64,000 nt of DNA from a bacterium (GTDB lineage Bacteria > SZUA-79 > Acidulodesulfobacterales > Acidulodesulfobacteraceae): positions 18,223 to 82,222 of the forward strand of contig JAKAOK010000004.1 in assembly GCA_021812245.1 (NCBI GenBank), read 5' to 3'. Below the pieces are notes generated by a model that was not told where the DNA came from, made no database searches, and saw only the letters and a program-made list of their open reading frames with translations. The position numbers and the translations under genes were made by a program. Positions 9,301 to 18,140 of the stretch are shown here, piece after piece. Positions within the stretch are counted from its first letter, which is position 1, and every line of letters starts with the position of its first letter.

Positions 9301-9534
9301 TCTTGGAGCGGAAATAAGCGAGGATTCTATGGGATAGGTCACCTGAAGCTGGACTATGTTCGGCGGCTGTCCCGGCCACGCCGTTTTGATGATAACCTCG
9401 GAAGGCGCTATATCGGGAAGCGCGTTAAGCCTTATATTGTAAACCGCATATACCCCGCCAAGCCCCAGAAACAGCATAAAAACAAAAACAAGAAACTTGT
9501 TATTTATACAGTAATCAATTATTTTATTTATCAT
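6382..9534 (-). CDS. cusA: heavy-metal efflux RND pump, CusA/CzcA family
   Basis: 1050 aa, 12-TM RND architecture. N-terminus (ALPDIAPSEVIIKTAWPGQPPNIVQLQVTYPIES) closely resembles what I recall of the E. coli CusA N-terminal region. Confidence 0.85.
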   Translation of the reverse strand: MINKIIDYCINNKFLVFVFMLFLGLGGVYAVYNIRLNALPDIAPSEVIIKTAWPGQPPNIVQLQVTYPIESSLISAPRVKEVRGNSMYGTSFVTVVFKRGTSLGWARAQILTYLSQAKKLLPSGVSPVLSPYANGVGWVYQYAIIDKTHNQSLADLYSYQEYFLRYALETVPGVAQVATYGGWNKEYQVTVNPRALQYYDLSLSQVISSLKSSNSDTGARVINSSSGVSHLIYVRGYLHNPKQIRNIVVGSTSKHTPILIKNIGTVQLVPASSRSISDLNGNGQMIGGVIIKDQGADTLKVIAAVKNKLKKIKNSLPKGAKIITTYDQSTLIRRSVSTLKTTLIMIVLIVIFVIMLFLFHLRSSLVIVIMIPFAILGAFLLMYMLHISANIMSLSGIALAIGAMTDSAIVMIENSHSHLEILENTPEISPYGDMEDKNKARKLVIVDSAKEMGRPLFYSLIIIAVGFLPIFFLTGEVGALFRPLAYTKTFSMLFAAVISVIFVPILMVYLIKGRIMPLDKNPLNRFLVFLYSPILKFIMKHKAVFLILLSVVLASGYFAYSRLGSQFMPPLNEGTLLYMPSSTPGYSYTDAAQLLQIEDRLIKKFPEVKMVTGKAGRANTAFDPASLNMTETTIVLKRRKYWPEGMTVGKLINKMNKALNIPGLENVWTMPIKNRIEMTSAGLRTPIGIKIYGSNVKILQKLAEKTAGAVSMVKGTLSAYAERVYNRPYIVIKPKPRAMGFYGITLKSVNEAVASSAGGKTISTIYDGLARYPLSVRYPYAYRNNLKSLGNILVKTDSGFIPLNEIADIKYELGPSFVSSQGGTPDDTVDITLNTPNMVLWAKNAKNMINKYVKFPKGYTYSISGEYKSLKRANSKLMVIIPITIFIIFLLIYFNFKSIPLSLMALFSIPFALLGAFWYLYLMHITVSIAVWVGIIAAMGVSTEIGVVMISVLELTFHNYYEAGADIEQIVIKGSIIRLRPIVMTAMSIIIGLLPAMFAYGTGARMTKFIASPMVGGMITATILNLLLLPILYLIWKKWEIGQINSGNIK

Positions 9535-9585
9535 AAATACTCTCCATATTTAATCTTAAATTAGGAATTAATTCTTCGTCTTTTT

Positions 9586-10737
9586 TCACATCCCGGGCAT
9601 TCCCGCCATAGAGCCCGTAGTCTGCGACAGATTGGAGTCGCTCGACATAAGAAACGTTCCCGATACTACGATTCTCTCGCCGTCTTTTAAGCCTGATATT
9701 ACCGGATAGTAATCACCGTACCTTGTTCCTATAACGACATATTTAGGTATAAAATATCCTTTTCCTTTATAAACGAAAACCAGCGGTTTTGCCCCGGTAA
9801 TAAGAACGGCGGATGTAGGAACCGCAACGGTCTTTTCGCTTTTAACCGCAATTTCGGCATTCCCGTACATACCCGGCTTTATCTCGCCGTTCGGGTTGTC
9901 AAAAACGAGCCTGACCTCGTCAACTCTTTTTTTGCCGGCAAGATAAGGGTAGATAAACGACGTCCTGCCGTAAAATATCCGCCCGGGATAAGCGTTAAAC
10001 GTTACCTTTACCGTTGCCCCCGTCTTTATGAAAGACATATCCTTTTCATAGACCCATATATTCATCCATACGCGGTTTAGACCTGCCAGCTTAAAAAGCG
10101 GCTGACCTGCATTAAAGTAGCTTCCCGAAAAGATATATTTTTTTAAAAAAACGCCGCTTATCGGCGAATAAACCGTAGTATTTGTTAAAATAGGCATCCC
10201 TGTTTTCAGTCCGTTTATCTGGCTGTTTGTCACGCCAAACTGCTTAAGCCTGTATATCGAAGAGTTTAAAAATCCTTTGGCCTCTTTTTTTCCGAAATTA
10301 AAACCCGATTTTTTTAATTTTTTATAATTTTCATAGGCAAGTATAAAATTGTTTTCACTGTTGACTAATTGCGGACTGTAAACCGTTAAAAGAGGCTCTC
10401 CCTTAACAACGCTCATGCCCGGTTTATTTATAAAGAGTTCTTTGACGTAACCGCCGTATTTCAATGTTACGATTTTTTCGAGCGGCACACTGTAAGTAGT
10501 CTCGCCTATGGTTTTAATTTTTCTTGTCAAATTCATCAATTTTACTCTTCCTATTTTTATGCCGTAAAGCTGTCTTTGTGCAGTATTAACCATTATTCCA
10601 CCTTTAGCCATCTTCATTTTGGGCTTTGAGCCGATTTGCGCGGGATTGCCTGCATTTTTATTTCTTACGATTAAAAATGTTACAAAGCCGCCAAAAAGAA
10701 AAGCCGCCAAAAAAATTAAAATATTTTTAGTTTTCAT
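9586..10737 (-). CDS. efflux RND periplasmic adaptor subunit (CusB-like)
   Basis: 383 aa with signal/anchor helix and HlyD/MFP-like barrel-sandwich region. Met-rich N-terminal (KPKMKMAKGGIM) and C-terminal (GSMAGMPGM) tails. Located between the OMF and RND genes. Confidence 0.8.
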   Translation of the reverse strand: MKTKNILIFLAAFLFGGFVTFLIVRNKNAGNPAQIGSKPKMKMAKGGIMVNTAQRQLYGIKIGRVKLMNLTRKIKTIGETTYSVPLEKIVTLKYGGYVKELFINKPGMSVVKGEPLLTVYSPQLVNSENNFILAYENYKKLKKSGFNFGKKEAKGFLNSSIYRLKQFGVTNSQINGLKTGMPILTNTTVYSPISGVFLKKYIFSGSYFNAGQPLFKLAGLNRVWMNIWVYEKDMSFIKTGATVKVTFNAYPGRIFYGRTSFIYPYLAGKKRVDEVRLVFDNPNGEIKPGMYGNAEIAVKSEKTVAVPTSAVLITGAKPLVFVYKGKGYFIPKYVVIGTRYGDYYPVISGLKDGERIVVSGTFLMSSDSNLSQTTGSMAGMPGM

Positions 10738-10777
10738 TTCTTTTAAAATCTCCGTATTTTTATTTAATTTATTTTTT

Positions 10778-12064
10778 TTAAATCCCGCCTGCGATTAAAT
10801 CAAGGCGCGATTTATCTGCAAAATATTTTGACTTGTAAATATCTTTTTCAAACTCCGAATTGGCCAATTTCCTAAAACTGTCAAGAAGCGAAAAACCGGT
10901 TGTTTTTTTAACCTTAAAAGATGATAATTCGGACTTAAAAAGAAGTTTCGCTTCAGGAACATATAAATTCTTATAAAGTTTATAATTATTGTAATCTTCT
11001 TTCATATTTTTTAAATCTTCCCTGATATTTTTGATTATTTTTAATTTTTCCCAGCTGATATTATAAACAGATGAAAGTTTGTCTTTTTTTGCCTTATTTA
11101 TTAAGGGCGCTTGATAACTATTAAAATATATGGGGAGCGATAACCCGACTGATGCCGATAAAACAGGAACCATAGAATATCTGTCGCCATAACCCGCTTT
11201 TAGATAAAAATCCGGCAAATAACTTTCTTTCGCAAAATCAAGTTCTTCATTTGCTCTTTTATGCAGGTATTTTACCGATTTTAAATCAGGATTAAATTCA
11301 AATGCCTCTTTAAGTATTATTTTATATTCCAACCTTGTTTGATTAATTCTCTTTATATCCGGTAATACTGCCGTTTTAGATTTAATCAAAGATTTCTTTA
11401 AACCGGTAAGCTCGCTTAATAAATTAATTAATTTTGATTTCGCTTTAGCCAAAGAAAATAGCGATGCCTTTAAAGAAGAATCCTCCAGCATTGTCCTTAT
11501 ATATGAAGGAGCTGAAGTTTCCCCGACGCCGTATTTTTGCGAAGCATAATTAATAATAATCTTTAAAAGCATTCTGTCGTATTTTATTATGCCGATTTGC
11601 TCCTCTATTAGAGCCAGATTATAATACTCCGCTTTAACTAAATACGCCGTATTAACCTTCAAAGCCCGTGTTTTTTCTTTAAGCGACATATAAGAATATT
11701 TATTGATTTGACTTTTTGTTTCAAGTTTAGAAGGGAACGGTATCTTCTGGCTTATGTTTAAACCGATATCGCTCATAGAATTAACTCCTATCCCGGGATT
11801 GTTAAATCCGTTTGCATCGGTTATTCCGATGCCTATCACCGGCTCAGGAAGCGCTTTGGCAATTATAATTTCTTCTTTTTGCCCTTCGGTTTTAAGCGCT
11901 GATGAGGTTATATCTGGATTTTTCAAAGAATTTTTTACAAGCATTTTTAAAGATAGCGTTCCTGCCGCATAAGAACAACCGCTATAAAAAATTAAACTTG
12001 TTAAAATTAAAAAGAAAGAAAATAGTTTTAATTTATATTTATTAATATTCATATTATTCTCCAT
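10778..12064 (-). CDS. TolC-family outer membrane efflux protein (CusC-like)
   Basis: 428 aa, signal peptide with a possible lipobox (FYSGC), coiled-coil-rich repeat halves. Operon position upstream of the adaptor and RND genes. Confidence 0.75.
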   Translation of the reverse strand: MENNMNINKYKLKLFSFFLILTSLIFYSGCSYAAGTLSLKMLVKNSLKNPDITSSALKTEGQKEEIIIAKALPEPVIGIGITDANGFNNPGIGVNSMSDIGLNISQKIPFPSKLETKSQINKYSYMSLKEKTRALKVNTAYLVKAEYYNLALIEEQIGIIKYDRMLLKIIINYASQKYGVGETSAPSYIRTMLEDSSLKASLFSLAKAKSKLINLLSELTGLKKSLIKSKTAVLPDIKRINQTRLEYKIILKEAFEFNPDLKSVKYLHKRANEELDFAKESYLPDFYLKAGYGDRYSMVPVLSASVGLSLPIYFNSYQAPLINKAKKDKLSSVYNISWEKLKIIKNIREDLKNMKEDYNNYKLYKNLYVPEAKLLFKSELSSFKVKKTTGFSLLDSFRKLANSEFEKDIYKSKYFADKSRLDLIAGGI

Positions 12065-12084
12065 AATTATTATAAAATCTTTTC

Positions 12085-12594
12085 TTATTTTAAGGATTCG
12101 AGATATTTTGCCAGTATGCCGATATTCTTTGAAGACATATTTTTAAAAGAAGGCATAACAGCCCTATATTTGACCCCGTTTAAAGTTACGACGCTGTTTC
12201 TCTTAAAATGCGCAGATGGGTCGGCTATCTGAGTCGCAATCCATGAGAAACTTCTTATCTTCCCTATATGCGATAGATTGGGCGCATCATTACCGCCGAC
12301 GCCTAAACTGTTTATTGTATGGCACATAAAACAGCCTTCATAATGGAACAAAGCCTGTCCTGTTTTTACGCCTTTATACTGAGGAAACATTTTGTGTCCC
12401 ATATTATTCACCATATTGCCTGTCATATTATTGCCCATACCCATCATTCCATGCATTCCGCCGCTGCTACCCATCATTCTCATACCGTTACGATAACTAT
12501 TTCCGACAAGCAGATAAATTCCCGTAATAACTAACAGCGTTAATAATATCAAAATAATTATCGCTTTTTTATTATATAGATATTTTGTATTCAT
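12085..12594 (-). CDS. membrane-anchored class I c-type cytochrome with Met/His-rich linker
   Basis: CFMCH heme motif and a distal AVMPSF Met. N-terminal TM helix followed by MRMMGSSGGMHGMMGMGNNMTGNMVNNMGHKM. Only 20 bp upstream of the TolC-like gene. Confidence 0.7.
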   Translation of the reverse strand: MNTKYLYNKKAIIILILLTLLVITGIYLLVGNSYRNGMRMMGSSGGMHGMMGMGNNMTGNMVNNMGHKMFPQYKGVKTGQALFHYEGCFMCHTINSLGVGGNDAPNLSHIGKIRSFSWIATQIADPSAHFKRNSVVTLNGVKYRAVMPSFKNMSSKNIGILAKYLESLK

Positions 12595-12863
12595 AAGGAA
12601 TCTCCTTTTTTTAAATTTAATTATGTTAAAATTTTACCTCTTATTTCGTCAATATCAACGTATCATATGAACATAATTATTTATAATATTTATAATAAAT
12701 ATATAAACAATATCCGAACATATAACTTAAGTCCAAATCCTAAACTATAGGCACAGAAAAATAATATAATTTTACACAATTAAGGCATATCGAGGTAATT
12801 AATTAATTTTATGCAAATTATGTATTTTTACCGCGCGCAAGATGCTAAGATTGGCTGTTTAAT

Positions 12864-13283
12864 CTAACTAAATAAGGTAAGGCTGTTTTGAGGGGGATGC
12901 GGTATATCGTAAGAAAAATGTTTGACGTAGGATTTTACTTTGGAAGAGATTGTTTTAATAATACCGCCGTAATAAAACATTGCCGGACGATAGGCGGCAG
13001 GTAAATTCTGACATTCCACGCAGGTTACGCAGGACTGTAAATTCAACTTATTAGAATGTTGTCCTGCGGTTTTTAAAAAAGATGGAAGCGGTTTCCCCGC
13101 CGCCTGTCCCGCCTGCCTCATATTCATAGATATTCCCGCCTTCATCGGGGACATAATCATCGGAACGTTAAGTATATAACTTATATCCGTAGCCGCGATT
13201 AGATAAAAAACGGCAACGGCGGCAAGGGGAAGAAACAGGAAAATCTTATATTTTTTATTCAAAAAAGACTTCTCTTTTTTCAT
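12864..13283 (-). CDS. hypothetical membrane-anchored protein with CVTCVEC motif
   Basis: 139 aa ORF with one N-terminal TM helix, a Met-containing stretch (PMIMSPMKAGISMNM) and CxxCxxC. No recognisable family. Confidence 0.4.
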   Translation of the reverse strand: MKKEKSFLNKKYKIFLFLPLAAVAVFYLIAATDISYILNVPMIMSPMKAGISMNMRQAGQAAGKPLPSFLKTAGQHSNKLNLQSCVTCVECQNLPAAYRPAMFYYGGIIKTISSKVKSYVKHFSYDIPHPPQNSLTLFS

Positions 13284-13332
13284 AAATATATCATATCATT
13301 TTATATTGCATAATTGCAAACATAACTTTAAT

Positions 13333-13435
13333 CCCAAATCCCTATTTAGAAACTATTTAAGAAATTCCAATATCCAGTCATTGCGAGCGCAGCGAAGCAA
13401 TGACATTATATAAAAATCCTAAATCGGGATTTGGG
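13333..13435. mobile_element. MITE-like element (103 bp), shortened copy
   Basis: Ends CCCAAATCCCTATTTAGAAAC ... TCCTAAATCGGGATTTGGG, direct repeat TTAAT at 13328-13332 and 13436-13440. Retains one arm of the palindromic module (13378-13405). Confidence 0.65.
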
Positions 13436-13445
13436 TTAATTAAAA

Positions 13446-14675
13446 TTATAAATATACGGTATCTTCTCTAAATCCGGTTTTTAAAAACAGCAGGATATAA
13501 TCCCTTAAATGACGGGTAATTAAAAAGCTGTGCTTCACGTGGTTATGCCCGTTTTCCCCAAGCTGTTTAGCATATTCGGGATTTTGCAGTATCTGCTTTG
13601 CGTATAAAGCGGTTCCTTCTATCGTTCTGGATAAAAGTCCGGAATATTTGTGGGTAATTTGAAGCGGTATGCCTCCGACCGCCGATGCTATCACGGGTTT
13701 AGATTTCCATAAGCCTTCGGAAACGGTAAGACCGAAGCCTTCCTTTATGGATTTTTGCAATATTACGGTTGACGCCCTCTGGAGCGCGTTTATTTCGATA
13801 TTGCTAACGGGCGGAAGATTTAAAACGAATATATCTTTATCCTCTCCCGCCTTCTCTATAACTTCGTTATAAACTTCGGTCGCTTCGGGATCGTCCGCCG
13901 CCGCTCCGCCTGCAAGAATAAGCTGGCAATCGACGTATTTTTTAACGAGCCTGTAAACGTCGATGACCCCTAACGGGTCTTTTAACCTGTCGAATCTTGA
14001 AATCTGGGTAATAATATTTCTTTCGGGGTCTATGCGAAATCTTTCGAGTACTTCGTTTATAGTTTCTGCCGGCAAATCTTTATTTTTATCGGAAAGAGGG
14101 TCTATCGACGGTGAAATTAATATCTGGGGTATTTTAAGTTTTTTTGCAAATAGGGGAGAGGAAAAAACTGAATAATCGTATTTTTCGATGAATTTTTTTA
14201 AAAAATTAAACGTATCCGTATTAGCCGAGCTTAAATCTATATGGCACCTCCAGATAAATTTTTTTTTATTAAAGCCCTTCCTATCCTTAACTTTTATTAA
14301 TCCTATCGGCTGGGGGTCGTGTATAAATATAATATCGCCTAGCAGATTAATTTCTTTCAAATTTTCGTCCGTAACATCGAGAAAGTGTCCGAAATCGCTT
14401 TCCGATATATTCTCCTCAACGCCGTGAAGGGAATTATGAATTTTTTTTGTTATTTCAAAAAATTTTTCTCCGCCTTTTATAAAATCCCATCTGGCATCGA
14501 CGCCGACTTCTTTTAAGAGAGGCACCATTCCGGAAAGAATTTCGGCAACACCGCCGCCGACCGGAGTAGAATTTATATTTTGAATAATTTTTCCGTTTAG
14601 ATAAGAACCTAATTTCTCAATTTCTTCTATCGTTTCTTCGCCTACAATATCTGCGTAATCCTTTATAGACCTCAT
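13446..14675 (-). CDS. GT4-family glycosyltransferase, trehalose-synthase (TreT)-like
   Basis: 409 aa. N-terminus (INSTPVGGGVAEIL) and C-terminal E-x7-E-type region (EGFGLTVSEGLWK) are typical of retaining GT-B enzymes annotated as trehalose synthase. Sits in a trehalose gene neighbourhood. Confidence 0.7.
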   Translation of the reverse strand: MRSIKDYADIVGEETIEEIEKLGSYLNGKIIQNINSTPVGGGVAEILSGMVPLLKEVGVDARWDFIKGGEKFFEITKKIHNSLHGVEENISESDFGHFLDVTDENLKEINLLGDIIFIHDPQPIGLIKVKDRKGFNKKKFIWRCHIDLSSANTDTFNFLKKFIEKYDYSVFSSPLFAKKLKIPQILISPSIDPLSDKNKDLPAETINEVLERFRIDPERNIITQISRFDRLKDPLGVIDVYRLVKKYVDCQLILAGGAAADDPEATEVYNEVIEKAGEDKDIFVLNLPPVSNIEINALQRASTVILQKSIKEGFGLTVSEGLWKSKPVIASAVGGIPLQITHKYSGLLSRTIEGTALYAKQILQNPEYAKQLGENGHNHVKHSFLITRHLRDYILLFLKTGFREDTVYL

Positions 14676-14743
14676 TTGATTCCTTTTCCATTATTATTAT
14701 GATTATTTAATTTTAAATTATAATTATAATTATTCAGATATTT

Positions 14744-15397
14744 TTAAAAATATTTTTTCGTATAATTTATAATTTGTTCTTTTAATTTATCCATAGTAAC
14801 GGAATAAGGGTCGAGGTTCGCAATTTTACCGGCTAAATCTGGAAGCTGAAGTTCGTCCTTAATCCATGCCGAAAAATCGTCGAATCCTGAGCTTAACCTG
14901 AAATGGGATTCGAAAAAATGATAATATACCGAAAAAATAGTGATATTTTTTAAAATATCGTGAAACTCCCTGAGAGTATATGCCTCTTTTCCTGTGGACA
15001 TTACAAAAGTAACCGCTTTCATGAAATTAAATCTTTCATTCATTTCAACATGTCTGGTCTTTGAATCTTTTGATATAAAAACCGTTAATTTTCTTATCAA
15101 CTCTTGTTTATAATCATCCATAGTATTATAAGCGAACATATCTATACTCGATATCTCTTCTCCTAATAATCTTTCTCCAAGCGTATTGATAACCCAGTGG
15201 GCGAAATCGTTCGGAGCATCCGGAACTACATAATGGTGCTGTATCAGATAATGATGCGTATGGTAATAAATAATAGGGTCGTTTGCCTTTTTTATGCCTT
15301 CTAAAAGTTCCTTCAAATTTAAGGCATAAATCCCGGTAAGCTGAGGCAAAGTAAGTCGCGTATAAAATTTAAACGGATATTTTGCCCTCGATTCCAT
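14744..15397 (-). CDS. conserved hypothetical protein (possibly the family annotated DUF5752; unverified)
   Basis: 217 aa soluble ORF overlapping the MscS gene end by 29 nt. Sits between the MscS and GT4 genes. Family assignment is from memory only. Confidence 0.45.
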   Translation of the reverse strand: MESRAKYPFKFYTRLTLPQLTGIYALNLKELLEGIKKANDPIIYYHTHHYLIQHHYVVPDAPNDFAHWVINTLGERLLGEEISSIDMFAYNTMDDYKQELIRKLTVFISKDSKTRHVEMNERFNFMKAVTFVMSTGKEAYTLREFHDILKNITIFSVYYHFFESHFRLSSGFDDFSAWIKDELQLPDLAGKIANLDPYSVTMDKLKEQIINYTKKYF

Positions 15398-16397
15398 TTT
15401 TCTTCCCCCTTTTCATTTTTAATACAAAAGACAATATTAAATCCCTTACCGGGTCATCATAAATTTGCGGAGTGTAAACTTCAACGGCGACAAAATAGCT
15501 GGTCAGAGAAACATCCACGACTCTGATAACCGGCCGTGGATTTTTTTCTATTAAACCGCCTATAATTTTAGAATCGTTTTCCAAAATATTCTTATCATCT
15601 CCGGCTAATGTTAAGTAGTCATAAAGTTCCTTTTTAAAGCTTTCTAAATCCGTTTCTTTGTCAAGCTCGAACCTCACCCTTACCGATCTTTTTTTCGTAT
15701 TGTCGTAATTCGTTATTAAAGCCTGCATTAAAATATTATTGGGCGCCCTCATCGTAAAACCGTTGTCTTCGATAATAGTCGTAAAAAGCATATTTATATC
15801 TTTTATTGTCCCCGTATATCCGGGCTTAGCGGTTTCATGCTGGTATGTGGACATTAATAAACCGTACTGCCATGTAACTATAGTTATTCTATCGCCTATT
15901 TTAAAAGTTTTCCCGAATAATATTATAAAACCGGCAAGCAGGTTGGATAAAAACGACTGAGCGGCAATTCCGAGTATTACGCCTAAAAAAGTAGCGCCGA
16001 GAAGAATATTGGATATATCTATGCCTAATGTGGTAAAAATAAACAGAACAAGAATAAAATACCCTATAAAACTTAATAAAAATCTCAAAAATCCCGCTTT
16101 ATCTTCGGAAATATATCCGCTCAATATTTTAGACGAGCTTTTCTGAATTATTTTTATCGCCAAAATCCCGAAGACGGCGATAAATATTGCTTCGATAATG
16201 GAAAAATAACCTTTAGGGAAGGTGTTTTTGGAAAAATATTTCGAGTAAAAATGTATAACGTAAAATAATACAAAAAACAAAAAACCCAGAAGGACTATGG
16301 GTATTATAATATTAATCAGTCTTTTTAAGGGGGCGGCAGGAGCAGTCTTTTTATCCCTAAATTCGTCTTCCGGTTTTTTGCCGCTATTGTTGCCCAT
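15369..16397 (-). CDS. mechanosensitive ion channel family protein (MscS-type)
   Basis: 342 aa, N-terminal TM helices, pore-helix-like region (GIAAQSFLSNLLAGFIILFGKTFKIGDRITI) characteristic of MscS. Confidence 0.8.
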   Translation of the reverse strand: MGNNSGKKPEDEFRDKKTAPAAPLKRLINIIIPIVLLGFLFFVLFYVIHFYSKYFSKNTFPKGYFSIIEAIFIAVFGILAIKIIQKSSSKILSGYISEDKAGFLRFLLSFIGYFILVLFIFTTLGIDISNILLGATFLGVILGIAAQSFLSNLLAGFIILFGKTFKIGDRITIVTWQYGLLMSTYQHETAKPGYTGTIKDINMLFTTIIEDNGFTMRAPNNILMQALITNYDNTKKRSVRVRFELDKETDLESFKKELYDYLTLAGDDKNILENDSKIIGGLIEKNPRPVIRVVDVSLTSYFVAVEVYTPQIYDDPVRDLILSFVLKMKRGKKNGIEGKISV

Positions 16398-16458
16398 ATT
16401 TTATTTAAACCTTTTTAATATTAAGATACGGAAACAATAAATTACAAAATAGATTATA

Positions 16459-18012
16459 TTAAATAAAATAAAGAGCGGCAAGAAAGTTATACGCCCAGTC
16501 GTAAATATCGTTTTCCATAATTATATTTTGCATCTTTGTAATTCTCGTTTCTTTTTCTTCTTTATCCATCATAAGAGCTTCGTATATTTTTTCGGCAAAG
16601 CATTCGGTATTGAATGGGTTAACTAAAAAAGAATCGTACAGCTCTTTAGACGACCCTGCAAATTTAGACAGTATAAGCATGCCTTTATAATCGGTATCGG
16701 ACATAATATATTCTTTAGAAACAAGATTCATCCCGTCGTGCAAAGGAGAAACTATCATAATATCGCAAAGCCTGTAATATGCCAAATAAACTTTTAATTC
16801 AAGCTGTTTAAAATAACCTGCTACCGGATGCCATTCCGATGTTCCGTATTTCCAGTTAATATCGCTGATAAGCTCTATAATTTCCTCGTTTAATTTCTTA
16901 TAAGCATTAATATGCACTCTTGAAGGAACGCCGAACTGGACAAAAACAAATTTGCCTATAAGCTCCTGATGGTTTTCAAGCATAGTATCGACAGCCTTGA
17001 GCTTTTCTACGATTCCTTTGGTATAGTCGAGCCTATCAGTAGATACTGCTAAATATTCATACGACTGCCCGGTGATTTCGTCGTTCTTTTTGATTTTATC
17101 TATAATTTTATCGGTTTCTCTCGACTTCGCAAAATGATGCAGATAGTCGGCATCGACTGAAATCGGGAAAGGCTTAACCCATGTTTTATGCCCATTGTAT
17201 GTGACCGAATAATCAGACCAGTTTACTTGAGCTTCAAGCTCCCATTCACACGTTCTTAAAAAATTCTGGCAGTGGTAAATTATTTGAAATCCTATCAGGT
17301 CGTTTGCCAGCAAACCTTCAAGGAGTTCATGCTTTTCGGGGCATATAGAAAATATTTCGGGGTTAGGCCACGGAATATGCCAGAATATCGAAATTTTAAT
17401 ATTTTCGTCATATTCTTTTATGTATTTTGCACATCTCGCAAGATGATAGTCCTGAAGCCATATAACATTTTCCGGCGACGACGTAAAATTCACGGTCTCG
17501 TCCGAATCGGATACATCTGAAATATTGTTTAAATCATTAAATTTGCAACAATTTTTTGATTCCTCGATTTCTTCTATTATAGAATCCGCAAATTTTTTAT
17601 TAACGTCGTCGTAAGTTAAAAATTGGGCGGAATTAAAAACAGGCTTAACGTAAACAATGTGGCATAGCGGCCATAAAACGGAATTTGCGTAGCCGTAATA
17701 ATAATCGTTTATATCTTTTTTGTTAAGAAAAATTCTTTTAAGGGTATAGGACTCTTCGCCTTCGGAAAGTTTTATCCTGCCTTTTTGGTCGGATACCGTT
17801 TTATCGGCATTTCCGCCACCGTAAACAACCCATGTCCCGCTAAGATTTTTCATAATCGGTTCAAGGGCAATAGTAAGACCGCCGACAGATTTTACCGCTT
17901 TGATTGTTTTTCCGAAATATTCGTGGGATACGGGTTCTCTATTGGAGGCGACTATTAAATTAATATTGCCTAATTTTTCTTTAATTAAATCATTAAATCT
18001 TTTTTTTTCCAT
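16459..18012 (-). CDS. otsA: alpha,alpha-trehalose-phosphate synthase (GT20)
   Basis: 517 aa, N-terminal VASNREPVSH motif and GT20-like core (WLQDYHL, FWHIPWP). Confidence 0.85.
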   Translation of the reverse strand: MEKKRFNDLIKEKLGNINLIVASNREPVSHEYFGKTIKAVKSVGGLTIALEPIMKNLSGTWVVYGGGNADKTVSDQKGRIKLSEGEESYTLKRIFLNKKDINDYYYGYANSVLWPLCHIVYVKPVFNSAQFLTYDDVNKKFADSIIEEIEESKNCCKFNDLNNISDVSDSDETVNFTSSPENVIWLQDYHLARCAKYIKEYDENIKISIFWHIPWPNPEIFSICPEKHELLEGLLANDLIGFQIIYHCQNFLRTCEWELEAQVNWSDYSVTYNGHKTWVKPFPISVDADYLHHFAKSRETDKIIDKIKKNDEITGQSYEYLAVSTDRLDYTKGIVEKLKAVDTMLENHQELIGKFVFVQFGVPSRVHINAYKKLNEEIIELISDINWKYGTSEWHPVAGYFKQLELKVYLAYYRLCDIMIVSPLHDGMNLVSKEYIMSDTDYKGMLILSKFAGSSKELYDSFLVNPFNTECFAEKIYEALMMDKEEKETRITKMQNIIMENDIYDWAYNFLAALYFI

Positions 18013-18140
18013 AATTATTGAATTTGTTAAGGATTTAATTAAAATATAATATTATAGCTATATTTTCATTATATTTTACTATATTTTTATCATTTTTACA
18101 ATATTCCATTATTTTTTATATTATATTATAATAATAAATT

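Noticed and set aside
18000-18008. A9/T9 homopolymers in the first codons of otsA (18000-18008) and inside the GT4 gene (14259-14267) as phase-variation switches
   Set aside because: Both tracts are in frame and encode Lys runs, as expected from AAA-rich codon usage in this AT-rich genome. No frameshift is observed, and similar runs are frequent.
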